Of a stretch of 64,000 nucleotides of DNA, positions 46,624 to 56,752 are shown piece after piece. The DNA comes from a virus. Its lineage: Duplodnaviria > Caudoviricetes. The translations under genes were made by a program, and so were the position numbers. A model generated the notes under the pieces. That model saw only the letters and a list, made by a program, of their open reading frames with translations, was not told the DNA's origin and searched no databases. Numbering within the stretch: position 1 is the stretch's first letter; the number at the start of each line of letters is the position of its first letter. The stretch spans positions 1 to 64,000 of the IMG/VR virus record IMGVR_UViG_2894097338_000001; one strand, written 5' to 3'.

Positions 46624-49600
46624 TTAATCAGATAGTTTTTTAAACTTTGAATTACTTGAGTTGCTTAGATCGAAGTCCTTAAGTCTCGTGAACAAGTCAC
46701 TAAAATTAGTTCTCTTCTCTTTGACAAAAGTCTGTTTGACAGCTTTCTTGAAACTTCTTGGTGAAGTTATTAGAATCAGATACTCACTAGCCCGCGTCAT
46801 TCCAGTATATAGTAATTCTCTTGTATTTAATAGATAATGAAATGGCAGCGCGAATATAACGTATTTGATTGTAGAACCTTGAGATTTATGAACTGTAATA
46901 GCATAGCCAAGCTCAATATGTTCAAAGTGCGACTCCAGGACGTTAACAATTCCAATACCTTCAAAATCAATGACTAAGATGTCTTGTTTATCTGTATGAA
47001 TAATTTGCTTAACGGTACCAGTATTTCCATTAAATATTGGACATGGGTTTCCATGAACATCATACATCTTCTTATTGTTTCTCATGTTGATTACTTTCTC
47101 TCCAACATGAACAAAATAGCAACTATCCTCGTCTGCTCCGTCTCTATTTAATTTAATATCTGAGTCAGATTTAGGTTTCTTGTAACCTTTCCTCTTGATG
47201 GTGATATACTCTCCATCCAGGACACCTTTGTTAATCAAAACTCTTTGAGCGAACTTATTGAGATCCCACGTAGATGTTTTACCAGTTGCTTTTGTAGAAC
47301 ACAGGATTTGAACATCGTTAATGTCGTGCTCTTCAATTAGCTTTCTAAAATTAAGCATCACATGTCTAGAAATTTGATCTTCGTCTTTAGGATCAACAAA
47401 AATATACTCTAGATCCTGGTTTTCTCCATAGACTTTAGAACCAATATCAAACTTTAACTCCGTAGGTTTAACTCCATTACGGATTGCAATAGAATGAGTA
47501 ATAATTGCAGACTTCTGAGCCTGTCTATGAATCTGAGTTAATAATTGACTAGGCATTTTACCAGTCTTAATTAATCCAGCCATAATCCCAACTCCAATAC
47601 TTTCAAGCTGCCCCATATCTCCTAACATAATAAGTTTTGCCCCATCTGGTGTAGCTTTTAATACGTCTAAAAACATGAAGATATCAACCATCGACATTTC
47701 ATCAATTACTACAACATCTACAAGCATTTTGTTGTCTTTGTTGTATACGAACCCGCCAGTAATTGGATCTACTACCAGCATAGAATGCAGTGTTGTAGCT
47801 TCTTTTCCAGTAATTAAAAACATATTGTTTGCAGCCTTACCAGATAATGCCCCTTGCTTATACGTCATTCCAGCCTCATTTACTATAGATATGAAGCCAT
47901 TTAGTGTGGATGTGTTATGTGTAACTATATAGTCATTTGTTAGATATAGATGCTCATCATTGTCTACCATGATACACATCATTTCAACCTCTTCTTCCAT
48001 TTCCTCTATATCAACAATGCTTACGCGATCATATCTTTTTCGCTTGACAAAATTTAATGCCTCGATCGCCGTTCTTTTTTTATGCGTATTTCTAAAAAGA
48101 AGCTCCTTCTTATCGTTACTTGTTAGTATATTCAGATTATATTCTATATTCTTCTTATTAGCGCGGTTGGTTTCAGAAACGTTGGACTGTATTCCGAGAG
48201 ACAGCAATACCTCTTGAACATCATATGCAAGCTGCCTGCTATTAGTCGAATACCTTACATTATATCTACCCTCTGCCTTCGAGATACTCCCGTCTGTATC
48301 AAACAAACCTTGTATCAAGGCATATCTTTGATCAATACTACCCATTTTATACTCGATGGGTATTGATTTGTGAATTGAAGTTCTTAATATTTCTGGATAT
48401 TTGGAAAACAACTCTTCTGTCTGGTATCTGTATATCGTATTAATCTGCATATGCCCAAATGAATCCTCTCTTAGTACGGATTTGGGCTTATCAAAATAGA
48501 AATGCCAATTATAATTTTTTGTACTATTTCTTCTATAGTCATTACATCCTATGAGTTTTGAAACCTCTGCCACTACGTCTTCGTCATTACTAGACAGAGT
48601 TAATGCTTTACTTGTACAACTACCGTCACCCAAAAATGCTCCAAGGACATATGGATCAACGCTAAGGTCGCGCTCCCTAAATTCTACAGCTTTATTAGTA
48701 GGAATTTTAAATTTACAATTTCGTTCGCCATTTGAGTAGTTATACAGTCCAGAATCAATGATTTCTCTAAGTGTTCTAGTCTTAAGATTTCCTTTGGATG
48801 TATATGTACTCCATAAATGCTCATCATTAGAAGTTGTCGTTCTTCCGTCTGATAGAGTAATTTTATAATTCTTCTTAAGACCTTGAGGGAATATCTGAGT
48901 TACCATTGTTGGCCTTCCATGTCTATCAAAAATATAGTCGCCAGGCTTCAAGTCTCCAAACCTCCTCATACCTCCAGGAGTCGGAATGATAATGTCCACA
49001 TCCTGCGCCTTCCCTGTCCCGCCATACCCTTGAAGCAAGAATACGTTTTTAGCTATCATCATCTTAATTGATTTTTGCTGCTCTTCACTAAATTTCCAAC
49101 CTTGAGCCTTTTGTACATGTTTAATGACCTTTGCACTGTCTATCAGCCTTTTCAGATTCTTGTTTTCTGAATTTAATAATCTGTTTATTTCATCACACAC
49201 AGCTAATTCAGTTGCCAAAGCCTTAGATGATGTAATTCTAAGCTCTTTGTCCAGTCTATAAACAACATAATTAACGTTTGTTTTTACATGTTCAACAGCC
49301 CACTTAACATCTGCATTGAAAATATTCTCCTTCACCTTGCCAACAAAGTCTTTTGCCGTGATCCACGTATGACCTTCACTATGAAGCTCTTCAAATAGAT
49401 ATTTTATATAAGCCTTGATACGTCTTTTGTCGTTAGGCTTGTTTTCTGGATTATTCAAGAATACAGCGTCAGCTCTCTTAAATCCGTATCCTGGGATTTG
49501 TGTTAATACAAAAGGATCGGCCTCTACCATCATGATAGCTTGCTCGATTCCTCCAAGAGACTTACAAATCTTTTTAACTTGATCCATGCTCAGCTTATAT

Positions 49601-50088
49601 TTTGCAAAAGAAATATATGCTGATGAAAAGTCTTTTTGATTCTCGTAGGATTCAATAAGCTTTTCTGCCGTAGCTAGTCCGATACCCTCAGCCTCCATTA
49701 ACTTCTCAATATCAGCCTCTTCCAACATCTTTATAGGATTGTCGGATACTTCATACAATGCTTTAATCTTAGCTTTCGATAAGATCATGCCAAGAAACTC
49801 TTCTTGTTCTTTTGAACTAGCCGTCATCAAGTCCTTAAATTGACTAAAGGCAATAGGATTAAATGAATCTGGATAGTTTTTATCTCCAGCATTTATCCCC
49901 TTGATATTAAACTCTTTGCCGAGTTCTACTAGGTAGTTACCTTTAACAGAAAATGTTCTAGGTGCCTCGCCTTTTACTCGTTCAAATTTGGCAATCACAA
50001 AGCTTTCCTTACTATAGAGGATCGCTACACATTTTGCAGTGCAGTCGATCTCCTCATATGTTTTGTTTCTATCTACTAATTCATTCAA
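46624..50088 (-). CDS. recD2: RecD2-like SF1B helicase interrupted by an intein
   Basis: HhH repeats, GYGGTGK/T Walker A, DEMSMVD, LGD..QL, IHRQA, YAITVHKSQGS, YTGMTRA. Confidence 0.93.
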   Translation of the reverse strand: MNELVDRNKTYEEIDCTAKCVAILYSKESFVIAKFERVKGEAPRTFSVKGNYLVELGKEFNIKGINAGDKNYPDSFNPIAFSQFKDLMTASSKEQEEFLGMILSKAKIKALYEVSDNPIKMLEEADIEKLMEAEGIGLATAEKLIESYENQKDFSSAYISFAKYKLSMDQVKKICKSLGGIEQAIMMVEADPFVLTQIPGYGFKRADAVFLNNPENKPNDKRRIKAYIKYLFEELHSEGHTWITAKDFVGKVKENIFNADVKWAVEHVKTNVNYVVYRLDKELRITSSKALATELAVCDEINRLLNSENKNLKRLIDSAKVIKHVQKAQGWKFSEEQQKSIKMMIAKNVFLLQGYGGTGKAQDVDIIIPTPGGMRRFGDLKPGDYIFDRHGRPTMVTQIFPQGLKKNYKITLSDGRTTTSNDEHLWSTYTSKGNLKTRTLREIIDSGLYNYSNGERNCKFKIPTNKAVEFRERDLSVDPYVLGAFLGDGSCTSKALTLSSNDEDVVAEVSKLIGCNDYRRNSTKNYNWHFYFDKPKSVLREDSFGHMQINTIYRYQTEELFSKYPEILRTSIHKSIPIEYKMGSIDQRYALIQGLFDTDGSISKAEGRYNVRYSTNSRQLAYDVQEVLLSLGIQSNVSETNRANKKNIEYNLNILTSNDKKELLFRNTHKKRTAIEALNFVKRKRYDRVSIVDIEEMEEEVEMMCIMVDNDEHLYLTNDYIVTHNTSTLNGFISIVNEAGMTYKQGALSGKAANNMFLITGKEATTLHSMLVVDPITGGFVYNKDNKMLVDVVVIDEMSMVDIFMFLDVLKATPDGAKLIMLGDMGQLESIGVGIMAGLIKTGKMPSQLLTQIHRQAQKSAIITHSIAIRNGVKPTELKFDIGSKVYGENQDLEYIFVDPKDEDQISRHVMLNFRKLIEEHDINDVQILCSTKATGKTSTWDLNKFAQRVLINKGVLDGEYITIKRKGYKKPKSDSDIKLNRDGADEDSCYFVHVGEKVINMRNNKKMYDVHGNPCPIFNGNTGTVKQIIHTDKQDILVIDFEGIGIVNVLESHFEHIELGYAITVHKSQGSTIKYVIFALPFHYLLNTRELLYTGMTRASEYLILITSPRSFKKAVKQTFVKEKRTNFSDLFTRLKDFDLSNSSNSKFKKLSD
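47914..49008 (-). mobile_element. Class 3 intein with LAGLIDADG homing endonuclease (365 aa)
   Basis: In Walker A (GTGK/AQDV...VTHN/TSTL); Ala1, HLW, MCIMV, THN; LGAFLGDGS and QGLFDTDGS. Confidence 0.92.
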
Positions 50089-50109
50089 TCGTTCATACCT
50101 CCCCAGGTG

Positions 50110-50484
50110 CTACATATTAATCATTGCATTTTTTAAAGTTGACTCAGACATGTTATATACTTCCATGTCAAGTCCGCTAATAATAGCAACACTATCTTCG
50201 CCTTCTACAAGGCCGCAAATGATACTTTCTGGAGTAACCCCCAATGTGTCTAAGTTTAAAAGCGTAAATTCTCCATTGTTTTTTGCATAGACAAAATCTA
50301 CACCAGACTTAACAATGAAATCAGATACGTCAAAACCATTATTTAACTTTACTTTTGCTGCTTCTTTTTCTGTCTTCGCTAATAAGTTTTCTTTGTTCAC
50401 GTAGTTTCTCTTCCCTCTGTAAATATGGCTTAACAGTGTGCGCTGAATCTCTAACTTTTCTTGCCTCGTCAATAGAAAGATCAT
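50110..50484 (-). CDS. Hypothetical protein, start uncertain
   Basis: Open frame filling gap before recD2; 5' part overlaps next gene. Confidence 0.4.
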   Translation of the reverse strand: MIFLLTRQEKLEIQRTLLSHIYRGKRNYVNKENLLAKTEKEAAKVKLNNGFDVSDFIVKSGVDFVYAKNNGEFTLLNLDTLGVTPESIICGLVEGEDSVAIISGLDMEVYNMSESTLKNAMINM

Positions 50485-50644
50485 GCTCCATAGTTATATG
50501 GGCAATGGTTAAAACATTCCCAGTGTGTTCACATAACGGGCATTTAACCTTAATCTCATTGATATTGAAGTTTTTGATTGACACATCTAATTCACCATTT
50601 ATGTCATAATTTGATATATTGCTTGTTATAGCTGATTCGATCAT
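50339..50644 (-). CDS. Zinc-finger protein
   Basis: CPLC..H....H; GGAGG RBS. Confidence 0.65.
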   Translation of the reverse strand: MIESAITSNISNYDINGELDVSIKNFNINEIKVKCPLCEHTGNVLTIAHITMEHDLSIDEARKVRDSAHTVKPYLQREEKLREQRKLISEDRKRSSKSKVK

Positions 50645-50684
50645 TATTGTATATCCTCCAGATACCTCCTCTTGTTGTAAAAAC

Positions 50685-51119
50685 TTATGGCGTAATTGAT
50701 TTAATAAAAATGGCCACGAACATCATTTTGGTAATGCTAACCATCACGGCTGGCAACGAATACTCTGATTCAATTAATTTCAGAGATAGTTTAAGCGGAC
50801 TTTTCTCTTTAGAAGATTGCATTGCTCTTCTATATTGAACAAATGATGCAATCACTGTAAATACAACAAATGCGACCACTGGCATTGTAAAACCAACTGT
50901 AGCTGATAAAAGCAATAGGTAAGCCAAGTCAAATACTAGCGAGATAGCAACTGCCGCCATCATAAGATTGCTGTGGTTTTTATACCCACTTTTTGAAACG
51001 CTTTTCGTTAAATCTTCTACCAGTTCAAGCTTTTTCTTATCTCCAAGAATAAACCTTGCTACTTTTCTAATTCCAAAATAATAAACCGCCATACTTGCGA
51101 TTAAAAATAATACTTTCAT
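50685..51119 (-). CDS. Membrane protein
   Basis: Four hydrophobic segments; stop within 17-bp element. Confidence 0.7.
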   Translation of the reverse strand: MKVLFLIASMAVYYFGIRKVARFILGDKKKLELVEDLTKSVSKSGYKNHSNLMMAAVAISLVFDLAYLLLLSATVGFTMPVVAFVVFTVIASFVQYRRAMQSSKEKSPLKLSLKLIESEYSLPAVMVSITKMMFVAIFIKSITP

Positions 51120-51140
51120 TTCAAATCTCCATTTCTATTT

Positions 51141-51353
51141 TTAGTTTCTTTTGTGTAGATAGTTTTCGAATGCATGTTCTAAGAAGCATGAATCTTCACA
51201 GAACTTTTCATTGTCATCTGATTCTAGGTATTCATAACTCTCATAAATACTTTGACCACAATGTTCGCAAACACCTACTCGATTTTCTCTAATCTCTACA
51301 GGCTCGATGTTCCATAGAGCGTTTTTAAGAGCTTGTTCGTTATCGAATGGCAT
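51141..51353 (-). CDS. Small zinc-binding protein (YqaI-like)
   Basis: GGAGG RBS before MPFDN; CEHCG..FC...C. Confidence 0.65.
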   Translation of the reverse strand: MPFDNEQALKNALWNIEPVEIRENRVGVCEHCGQSIYESYEYLESDDNEKFCEDSCFLEHAFENYLHKRN

Positions 51354-51500
51354 AGTTATCCTCCAGTTAAGTTTAAAAGCTCCCTGGTGAGTGCTGCTCT
51401 TTCTTCGTCTGAGTTGCACTCTTTTATTTCCTTCTTAACCCTTGCTACCTCTTTATTAAATGAATCAACCAACTTGCCAATGAAGTTGGATAGATTTCTA

Positions 51501-51863
51501 TTAGCCTCCATACAGGTCACTGACCTTTTTCTTAGGCCTTTTAGCTTTCTGGCTGCTAGTCAATTTGCTGCATTCACCATATTTTTCAGATAAAACCCAG
51601 TATTTTGAGTCCAGGTTAGCATATTGACTAACAACTGTTTTATCTTTGATAGGCGCTGTAGTTTCTTTGATTGTCCCGTCAATAGAAACTGAAATATAAT
51701 CCGTTGCCTTATAAGTTGTCTTGTCTACAACTCTTATTACAGCGAGGTCGTTTTTGTCTGGAAAGAATCCAACAACTTGCGCCCCTTTATTCTCCTCTAG
51801 TAACTTAGCTCTGAGATTTTTGATAATTGTCTTTTGATCAATTAACTCCCAATTCTCTGCCAA
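51501..51863 (-). CDS. Hypothetical protein
   Basis: 120 aa, AGGAG RBS. Confidence 0.6.
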   Translation of the reverse strand: MAENWELIDQKTIIKNLRAKLLEENKGAQVVGFFPDKNDLAVIRVVDKTTYKATDYISVSIDGTIKETTAPIKDKTVVSQYANLDSKYWVLSEKYGECSKLTSSQKAKRPKKKVSDLYGG

Positions 51864-51880
51864 AATATCACTCCTTGCTT

Positions 51881-53221
51881 TTAGCTTTCGTAAGAAACGT
51901 CATCGACTGTTTTATCCATTCGAATACGCTGAACTGTCGGGAATCGCAATCCTTTCCCACCATCATCATTAGTAGTTTCACCTTGATATTGAATCTCAAT
52001 GATTTTTCCAATGATTAACTCTGGCTGCGACCAGAAGTCAATTCGTTGTTTGTCAGTCCATCCACTGCCGATATCGACCGTGAAGTCTTTAAATCTACAA
52101 ACAACTCCTCCCATCAATCCCTCGTTCTTCTTACCTTTTTCACCTTCGTATACATCGATTACTTCGATATCTGCATACTTAAACTTTTTAACTTTAAGCA
52201 ATCCTGCAGATCTTTTGGTTACATATTTAGCACTCGCCATATTTACCATTAGACCTTCCCAGCCACCTGGAATAGCAATACTATTAAGTAATTCTTCTAC
52301 CTTCTCAACATCACCGCCCTCATATACTTTTTCAACCAGTTGAACTGATAGATCGTCTGGGTATGTAAGTTCTTCACACCAATGTCTACGATCTTCATAA
52401 ACATCTTCCGACTCGTCGTTTTTAAACTCGTCTGCAGGAATAATTTCGAATGCATGGAGGGATACCCCAGATTTTAAACCTTTCTTCTTAAGTTCTTTAC
52501 CAGTTGCCTGGAACCACTCAGTTTCGTCCATATCTTTACGATCAGTTAAAAGAGCCTCCCCATCAATCACAATTCCATTTTTAAATCGCTCCATAGTATC
52601 AAGCTTGTTTACATTAACGAAGTTTAAGATGTTAGTCTCTAACTCATCAAAACCTTCAAGCTTCTTGCCTTTTCTTGTATAAAAAGAGACTTTGAACTTA
52701 TTCATGTTTACAATTGCAACCATGCGATGACCATCAAGTTTTCTTGTTAAAAAGAACTTCTTACCTTTTAATTTTGCTGCATGTTTTTCATATGGATGAG
52801 CTAACATTACACCAAAGACTGGAATGAATTTTTTATCAAAAGCCTTGTTGATCGTGCTAGATGTAACACCGCATTTGTATGTTTTTGTAAAGAACGCTTT
52901 TAGGAACGTTTGAGTTTCTTCTCCGAAGCTGCTAATAAAGTGTTTTAAATTAACAACCACCTGCTCTCTACCAGTATTGTTATCCATTACATATTTCATT
53001 GCTTCACGAATGTTTGCTAAGTCGATATTAGGTTTAAGATCTGATTCCTTGTCGAACTTCTTAATTGCAATACCAGTTGTAATCATATCGTTGTATAAAA
53101 AGTACAACATTTGACCAAATAGTTTATTGTCTTTGTTCTCGCGAATTAAATTCTCTTTTTCGATCTTTCCTTTTGCTGCTTCCACCTGTTTGAATGTTTC
53201 GATAGCTTCTTTAAATTGCAT
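51881..53221 (-). CDS. lig: ATP-dependent DNA ligase
   Basis: KLDGHR, IDGE, EGLMV, LLKVK, IGSG, LRFP motifs; start MQFKE after GGAGG. Confidence 0.93.
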   Translation of the reverse strand: MQFKEAIETFKQVEAAKGKIEKENLIRENKDNKLFGQMLYFLYNDMITTGIAIKKFDKESDLKPNIDLANIREAMKYVMDNNTGREQVVVNLKHFISSFGEETQTFLKAFFTKTYKCGVTSSTINKAFDKKFIPVFGVMLAHPYEKHAAKLKGKKFFLTRKLDGHRMVAIVNMNKFKVSFYTRKGKKLEGFDELETNILNFVNVNKLDTMERFKNGIVIDGEALLTDRKDMDETEWFQATGKELKKKGLKSGVSLHAFEIIPADEFKNDESEDVYEDRRHWCEELTYPDDLSVQLVEKVYEGGDVEKVEELLNSIAIPGGWEGLMVNMASAKYVTKRSAGLLKVKKFKYADIEVIDVYEGEKGKKNEGLMGGVVCRFKDFTVDIGSGWTDKQRIDFWSQPELIIGKIIEIQYQGETTNDDGGKGLRFPTVQRIRMDKTVDDVSYES

Positions 53222-53408
53222 GTTTGTTTTCCTCCAATGCTTGATATAATTCTTCTGCCTGTTCAATTTCACAACCAAGTTTTACTTTAATAGTGTAAGG
53301 ACTGAATAGAACTCCAACGTTAATATATTCGCTTCGCACGTCTGTCATTGCCTTGTATTGTTCCTCTGTATACCATGTATCTCTGAATCTAATGTCTAAA
53401 TCTACCAT
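53211..53408 (-). CDS. Hypothetical protein
   Basis: 65 aa coupled to neighbours. Confidence 0.5.
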   Translation of the reverse strand: MVDLDIRFRDTWYTEEQYKAMTDVRSEYINVGVLFSPYTIKVKLGCEIEQAEELYQALEENKHAI

Positions 53409-53716
53409 TTCTTTCTCCCATTCTTATTAAACAAACCTCCAAAAGACGTCTGTCTGTTAACTTTTACTACTTCCTCATCGGCGTCATCTACTCTGATTTC
53501 ACCCATCATTTTTTCAATATCTTCGTCCGACATACCTCCACTAACAATGCCTACGTCTGATACTGGTACTAATACAATCTCCTTCTTACGTTCGTGTAGA
53601 CCATTCATGCATACTGTTACCCTGGAGAATGACTCTGCTGCTTCTTTTGCAGAAACTCCAGCTCCAGCTGCCCAGGTAAAATCCTTAGACGATCTATCCT
53701 CTGATTTCTCTCTCAT
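53402..53716 (-). CDS. Hypothetical protein
   Basis: 104 aa, AGGAGG RBS. Confidence 0.6.
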   Translation of the reverse strand: MREKSEDRSSKDFTWAAGAGVSAKEAAESFSRVTVCMNGLHERKKEIVLVPVSDVGIVSGGMSDEDIEKMMGEIRVDDADEEVVKVNRQTSFGGLFNKNGRKKW

Positions 53717-53739
53717 ATAAGTCCTCCTGTTGTATAAAC

Positions 53740-53949
53740 TTATGGTTCATAGTTAAAAACTCTCTCGATGACACCTAATAATACGTCCAGGTCATCTGTT
53801 TGTAGATATCTGATATCATACTCAACCTCTCCGTTAACGTGAGTGAATGTAAGTATAGAGTATTGATATTCTGAATTGGGTGTCTCTACAGCATTAACAC
53901 CCCATCCGTTCTTAAATTCAATGTGGCATATGTCTTTATTGCCTTTCAC
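53740..53949 (-). CDS. Hypothetical protein
   Basis: 69 aa; stop within 17-bp element. Confidence 0.55.
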   Translation of the reverse strand: MKGNKDICHIEFKNGWGVNAVETPNSEYQYSILTFTHVNGEVEYDIRYLQTDDLDVLLGVIERVFNYEP

Positions 53950-54188
53950 TTTAGATCACCACCGCTAGTTATTTCACCATCTACGGCCTGTATTGTAAGT
54001 CTTAGTGGTGATTCTGAATAAAATCCTTCGCTTATCTCTCTGCGAACAATCTTGATCCAAACACCTTCGTCCACTTTAGATGGAACAGCTCCAATTTTTG
54101 ATAGGTAACTTTCAGCATCTTTGACATCCTCTGCTGTATAAATCTCCTTTATGATATGCTTTGACTTAGCTATAACTGCGCATTTCAT
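53946..54188 (-). CDS. Hypothetical protein
   Basis: 80 aa, GTGA overlap. Confidence 0.55.
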   Translation of the reverse strand: MKCAVIAKSKHIIKEIYTAEDVKDAESYLSKIGAVPSKVDEGVWIKIVRREISEGFYSESPLRLTIQAVDGEITSGGDLK

Positions 54189-54194
54189 GTTAAA

Positions 54195-54653
54195 TCACAA
54201 GCTAAAAATGTGGATGGTCAGATTAGCTTTTAAAGCTTCTACTTCAATTATACGTTTAACGATCTTCCAATCTCCGCCAGCAAGGCCACAACCAATTAAG
54301 TGAGGCATTCCAATCTTCTTATTGTTGAGACCAGATTTATTAATGTCTCTAAAAATCTTCTTTAAACTATTCATAAACGCTGAGTAATCTGTTTGCTTTC
54401 CTCTTCCATAGTTATATTGTCCATATAAATTATAAATGACCTGGCTGCTTCTTGTTTCGCACTTGCTAAACTCACCCAGTCTTTTAGGTGATCCGATTGG
54501 AATATGAAACTTCCTATCTGCCACAAGTACCTCTGGGTATCTAGCTTTAAGTTGTGCAGCAATTCCAGCTCCCATCTTAGCGAAACAGTTGGCCTGGTGA
54601 ATCATAATGTCGCAATCTTGATATAGCAAGTTGCCTTGTTTTTCAATAATCAT
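54195..54653 (-). CDS. Macrodomain protein (Poa1p/DarG-like ADP-ribose hydrolase)
   Basis: GNLL..IHQANCF..MGAGIA, NLYGQ, MP.IGCGLAGGDW; start MIIEK after AAGGAG. Confidence 0.9.
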   Translation of the reverse strand: MIIEKQGNLLYQDCDIMIHQANCFAKMGAGIAAQLKARYPEVLVADRKFHIPIGSPKRLGEFSKCETRSSQVIYNLYGQYNYGRGKQTDYSAFMNSLKKIFRDINKSGLNNKKIGMPHLIGCGLAGGDWKIVKRIIEVEALKANLTIHIFSL

Positions 54654-54776
54654 TATTTGATCTCCTTTATTTGTTTTTCTTGATATATCTAATATACTAC
54701 TTAACAATTTAGTTGTCAATACTTATGGTAAATAAAATGTGTGTTTTATCCATTAAAATAAAAAGAAGATCTAGCA

Positions 54777-55241
54777 CTATGCCAGGTCTTCTTCTGATTG
54801 CTCTACTATTTGTTGTAATCGATCTTGAATTATTGCCTCTATAGCATCCTCTAATTGTAATACTTCAATTAAAGACAGTTCTAATTCAGCAATATATTCT
54901 GGAGAAAGTTTACCTTTCTTTTCTCCAAGCGCGCTTCTGTTTACACAATTTAGTTGCTCCATTTTTAATATCGATTCTTTGTCCAAGTATGACTCCGTGT
55001 CTGGAAGAATAACATCTGTGCTAATTGTGTTCTTTCTTACATTACTGCCATTGTACAAAGATGTAATTGGCGCAGCTATTACTGTTTTTCTTGGAAATGT
55101 ACAGTCATAAAGGACGACTCCCCTATGAACACCCTGCATTACAAAGCCGCCTTTTCCTTGAGGAAAATCGATCATAAAAACGTCGCCTTTCTTAAAGTTG
55201 CGCATGTCATTATTTTCTTCTTCTGTATATCTATTGGCCAA
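54777..55241 (-). CDS. PemK/MazF-family protein
   Basis: KGDVF.IDF..Q.G.HR.VVL..APITS..S....EQL..V.R..L..K.G.L. Confidence 0.8.
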   Translation of the reverse strand: MANRYTEEENNDMRNFKKGDVFMIDFPQGKGGFVMQGVHRGVVLYDCTFPRKTVIAAPITSLYNGSNVRKNTISTDVILPDTESYLDKESILKMEQLNCVNRSALGEKKGKLSPEYIAELELSLIEVLQLEDAIEAIIQDRLQQIVEQSEEDLA

Positions 55242-55244
55242 GTA

Positions 55245-55448
55245 TTAACCCTCCACACTCCAAGATTCTAAAGATTGCTTTCTATGAAGTCTAGCCAATG
55301 ATTCCTTGGCAGCTTCCTTGTCGGTTGGATTTCCAGAGTATAAAGCGCTGTAATTTACACCGTTTCTATCACTTCTGCTCTTCAAGGCTTTAGCGTAAAC
55401 ATCCGCTTTTCTATTAACTGATGGTTTTAGTTGAATTACTTTACCCAT
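55245..55448 (-). CDS. Small protein, candidate antitoxin
   Basis: 67 aa directly upstream of MazF-like gene; own promoter TTGATT-N17-TATAAT (55482-55510). Confidence 0.5.
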   Translation of the reverse strand: MGKVIQLKPSVNRKADVYAKALKSRSDRNGVNYSALYSGNPTDKEAAKESLARLHRKQSLESWSVEG

Positions 55449-55521
55449 ATTAACCCCTCCTTCGTCCTATCTTATAGTGTAATTATAAACCTTTTTACGT
55501 GTTTAATCAAGAAGACGAGTT

Positions 55522-55758
55522 TTACATTGAGTTATAATTATCAAAGACTCGACCGATTGAGTATATTGCAAGTATTGAGAAGATAGCAGCGATTATTATT
55601 CTTCCAATCTCAAATGAGATAATAAAACTAAAACCGATAGATCCAACTGCTACACCTACCACAAACGCAGAGAACATGAAAATAGATGCAATCATAAGTA
55701 GTATCCCATTAAATACAAAACGCGTTGCCATTTTTAACTTTTTCAAATTGTGATCCAA
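55522..55758 (-). CDS. Small membrane protein
   Basis: Two TM segments. Confidence 0.55.
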   Translation of the reverse strand: MDHNLKKLKMATRFVFNGILLMIASIFMFSAFVVGVAVGSIGFSFIISFEIGRIIIAAIFSILAIYSIGRVFDNYNSM

Positions 55759-55795
55759 CCGCCGTTCCTCATGAATAGTTTTCTAAAATACTGTT

Positions 55796-56386
55796 TTACT
55801 TTTTCCATCGGTATCCCTCCATTTCATTTATTCTCACTGACAGATCGGTGCCTAAGTATGATTTAACTGCTTCAATCATCTTGATGTAGCTACCTCCATT
55901 GAACTTACCTCTAAAGCAATCAACGTTAAGAATATTCATATTAACTACAGGTGAGTTCTGCAGGTATTTGAATATAATAATCGGATTGGCTGCATTGTGA
56001 ACCTGGATAACAACACGTTCGCCCTCTAGTCGGCAATCAAAACCATTAAAGGTTTGATTCCTTTTGCCTTCTTTATTTTCAAACTCACATGCCGTAATGT
56101 TTTCAATCTCACTCTTTAGAATCTTGTAAGGATACTGAGATCGCTCCTCGAAGTGATACTTAGCAGCTATCTTATTCTCTAGTTTTTGGTAAGCTTTAAC
56201 AACACTGTCTCCAGATGCCTCATACAGCAAGTTACGATTAATATTTAAAAACTTGACAGTAAACTTTTCGTTAATTACAGCACAGCCTCGCTTTGTTTGA
56301 ATGTGTTCTTCTTCAATAGTTCCATCGTGCTTCTCAAGAACCTTTTTGGTCATAGAGCCGATACGCTCAGATAACACAATACTCAT
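55796..56386 (-). CDS. Hypothetical protein
   Basis: 196 aa, AGGAG RBS. Confidence 0.6.
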   Translation of the reverse strand: MSIVLSERIGSMTKKVLEKHDGTIEEEHIQTKRGCAVINEKFTVKFLNINRNLLYEASGDSVVKAYQKLENKIAAKYHFEERSQYPYKILKSEIENITACEFENKEGKRNQTFNGFDCRLEGERVVIQVHNAANPIIIFKYLQNSPVVNMNILNVDCFRGKFNGGSYIKMIEAVKSYLGTDLSVRINEMEGYRWKK

Positions 56387-56407
56387 TTATATCATTCTCC
56401 TTTGATG

Positions 56408-56752
56408 TCAATACTTATGGTTTAACGTGCGCTTACTATCTTCAACCAGTCGAACTACTCTATTCTTCCACTCTTCCAGATCTCCAACTAACTCACTATA
56501 GACCAGGTTGAAGTTATCCATGTCCTGGTTTGAAGAAATAGGATTTTGTAAAAGATTACCGATTCCATTGAATCTTCTGGCTAATAAATCCTTTTGATCA
56601 AATAACGCAGCTCTTCTCGCAGCAATTTCGATATCTTCTTGATCTAAAAGTTTTTGAAATGCCAAACTACTAAAGTATCCAGAATCCTCAACTTTTTCTA
56701 CGCTACCAACATTATACTCCTTCATCAGTTGATTGAAATCCACCATTTCCAT
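56408..56752 (-). CDS. Hypothetical protein
   Basis: 114 aa; 3' end runs through 17-bp element. Confidence 0.6.
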   Translation of the reverse strand: MEMVDFNQLMKEYNVGSVEKVEDSGYFSSLAFQKLLDQEDIEIAARRAALFDQKDLLARRFNGIGNLLQNPISSNQDMDNFNLVYSELVGDLEEWKNRVVRLVEDSKRTLNHKY

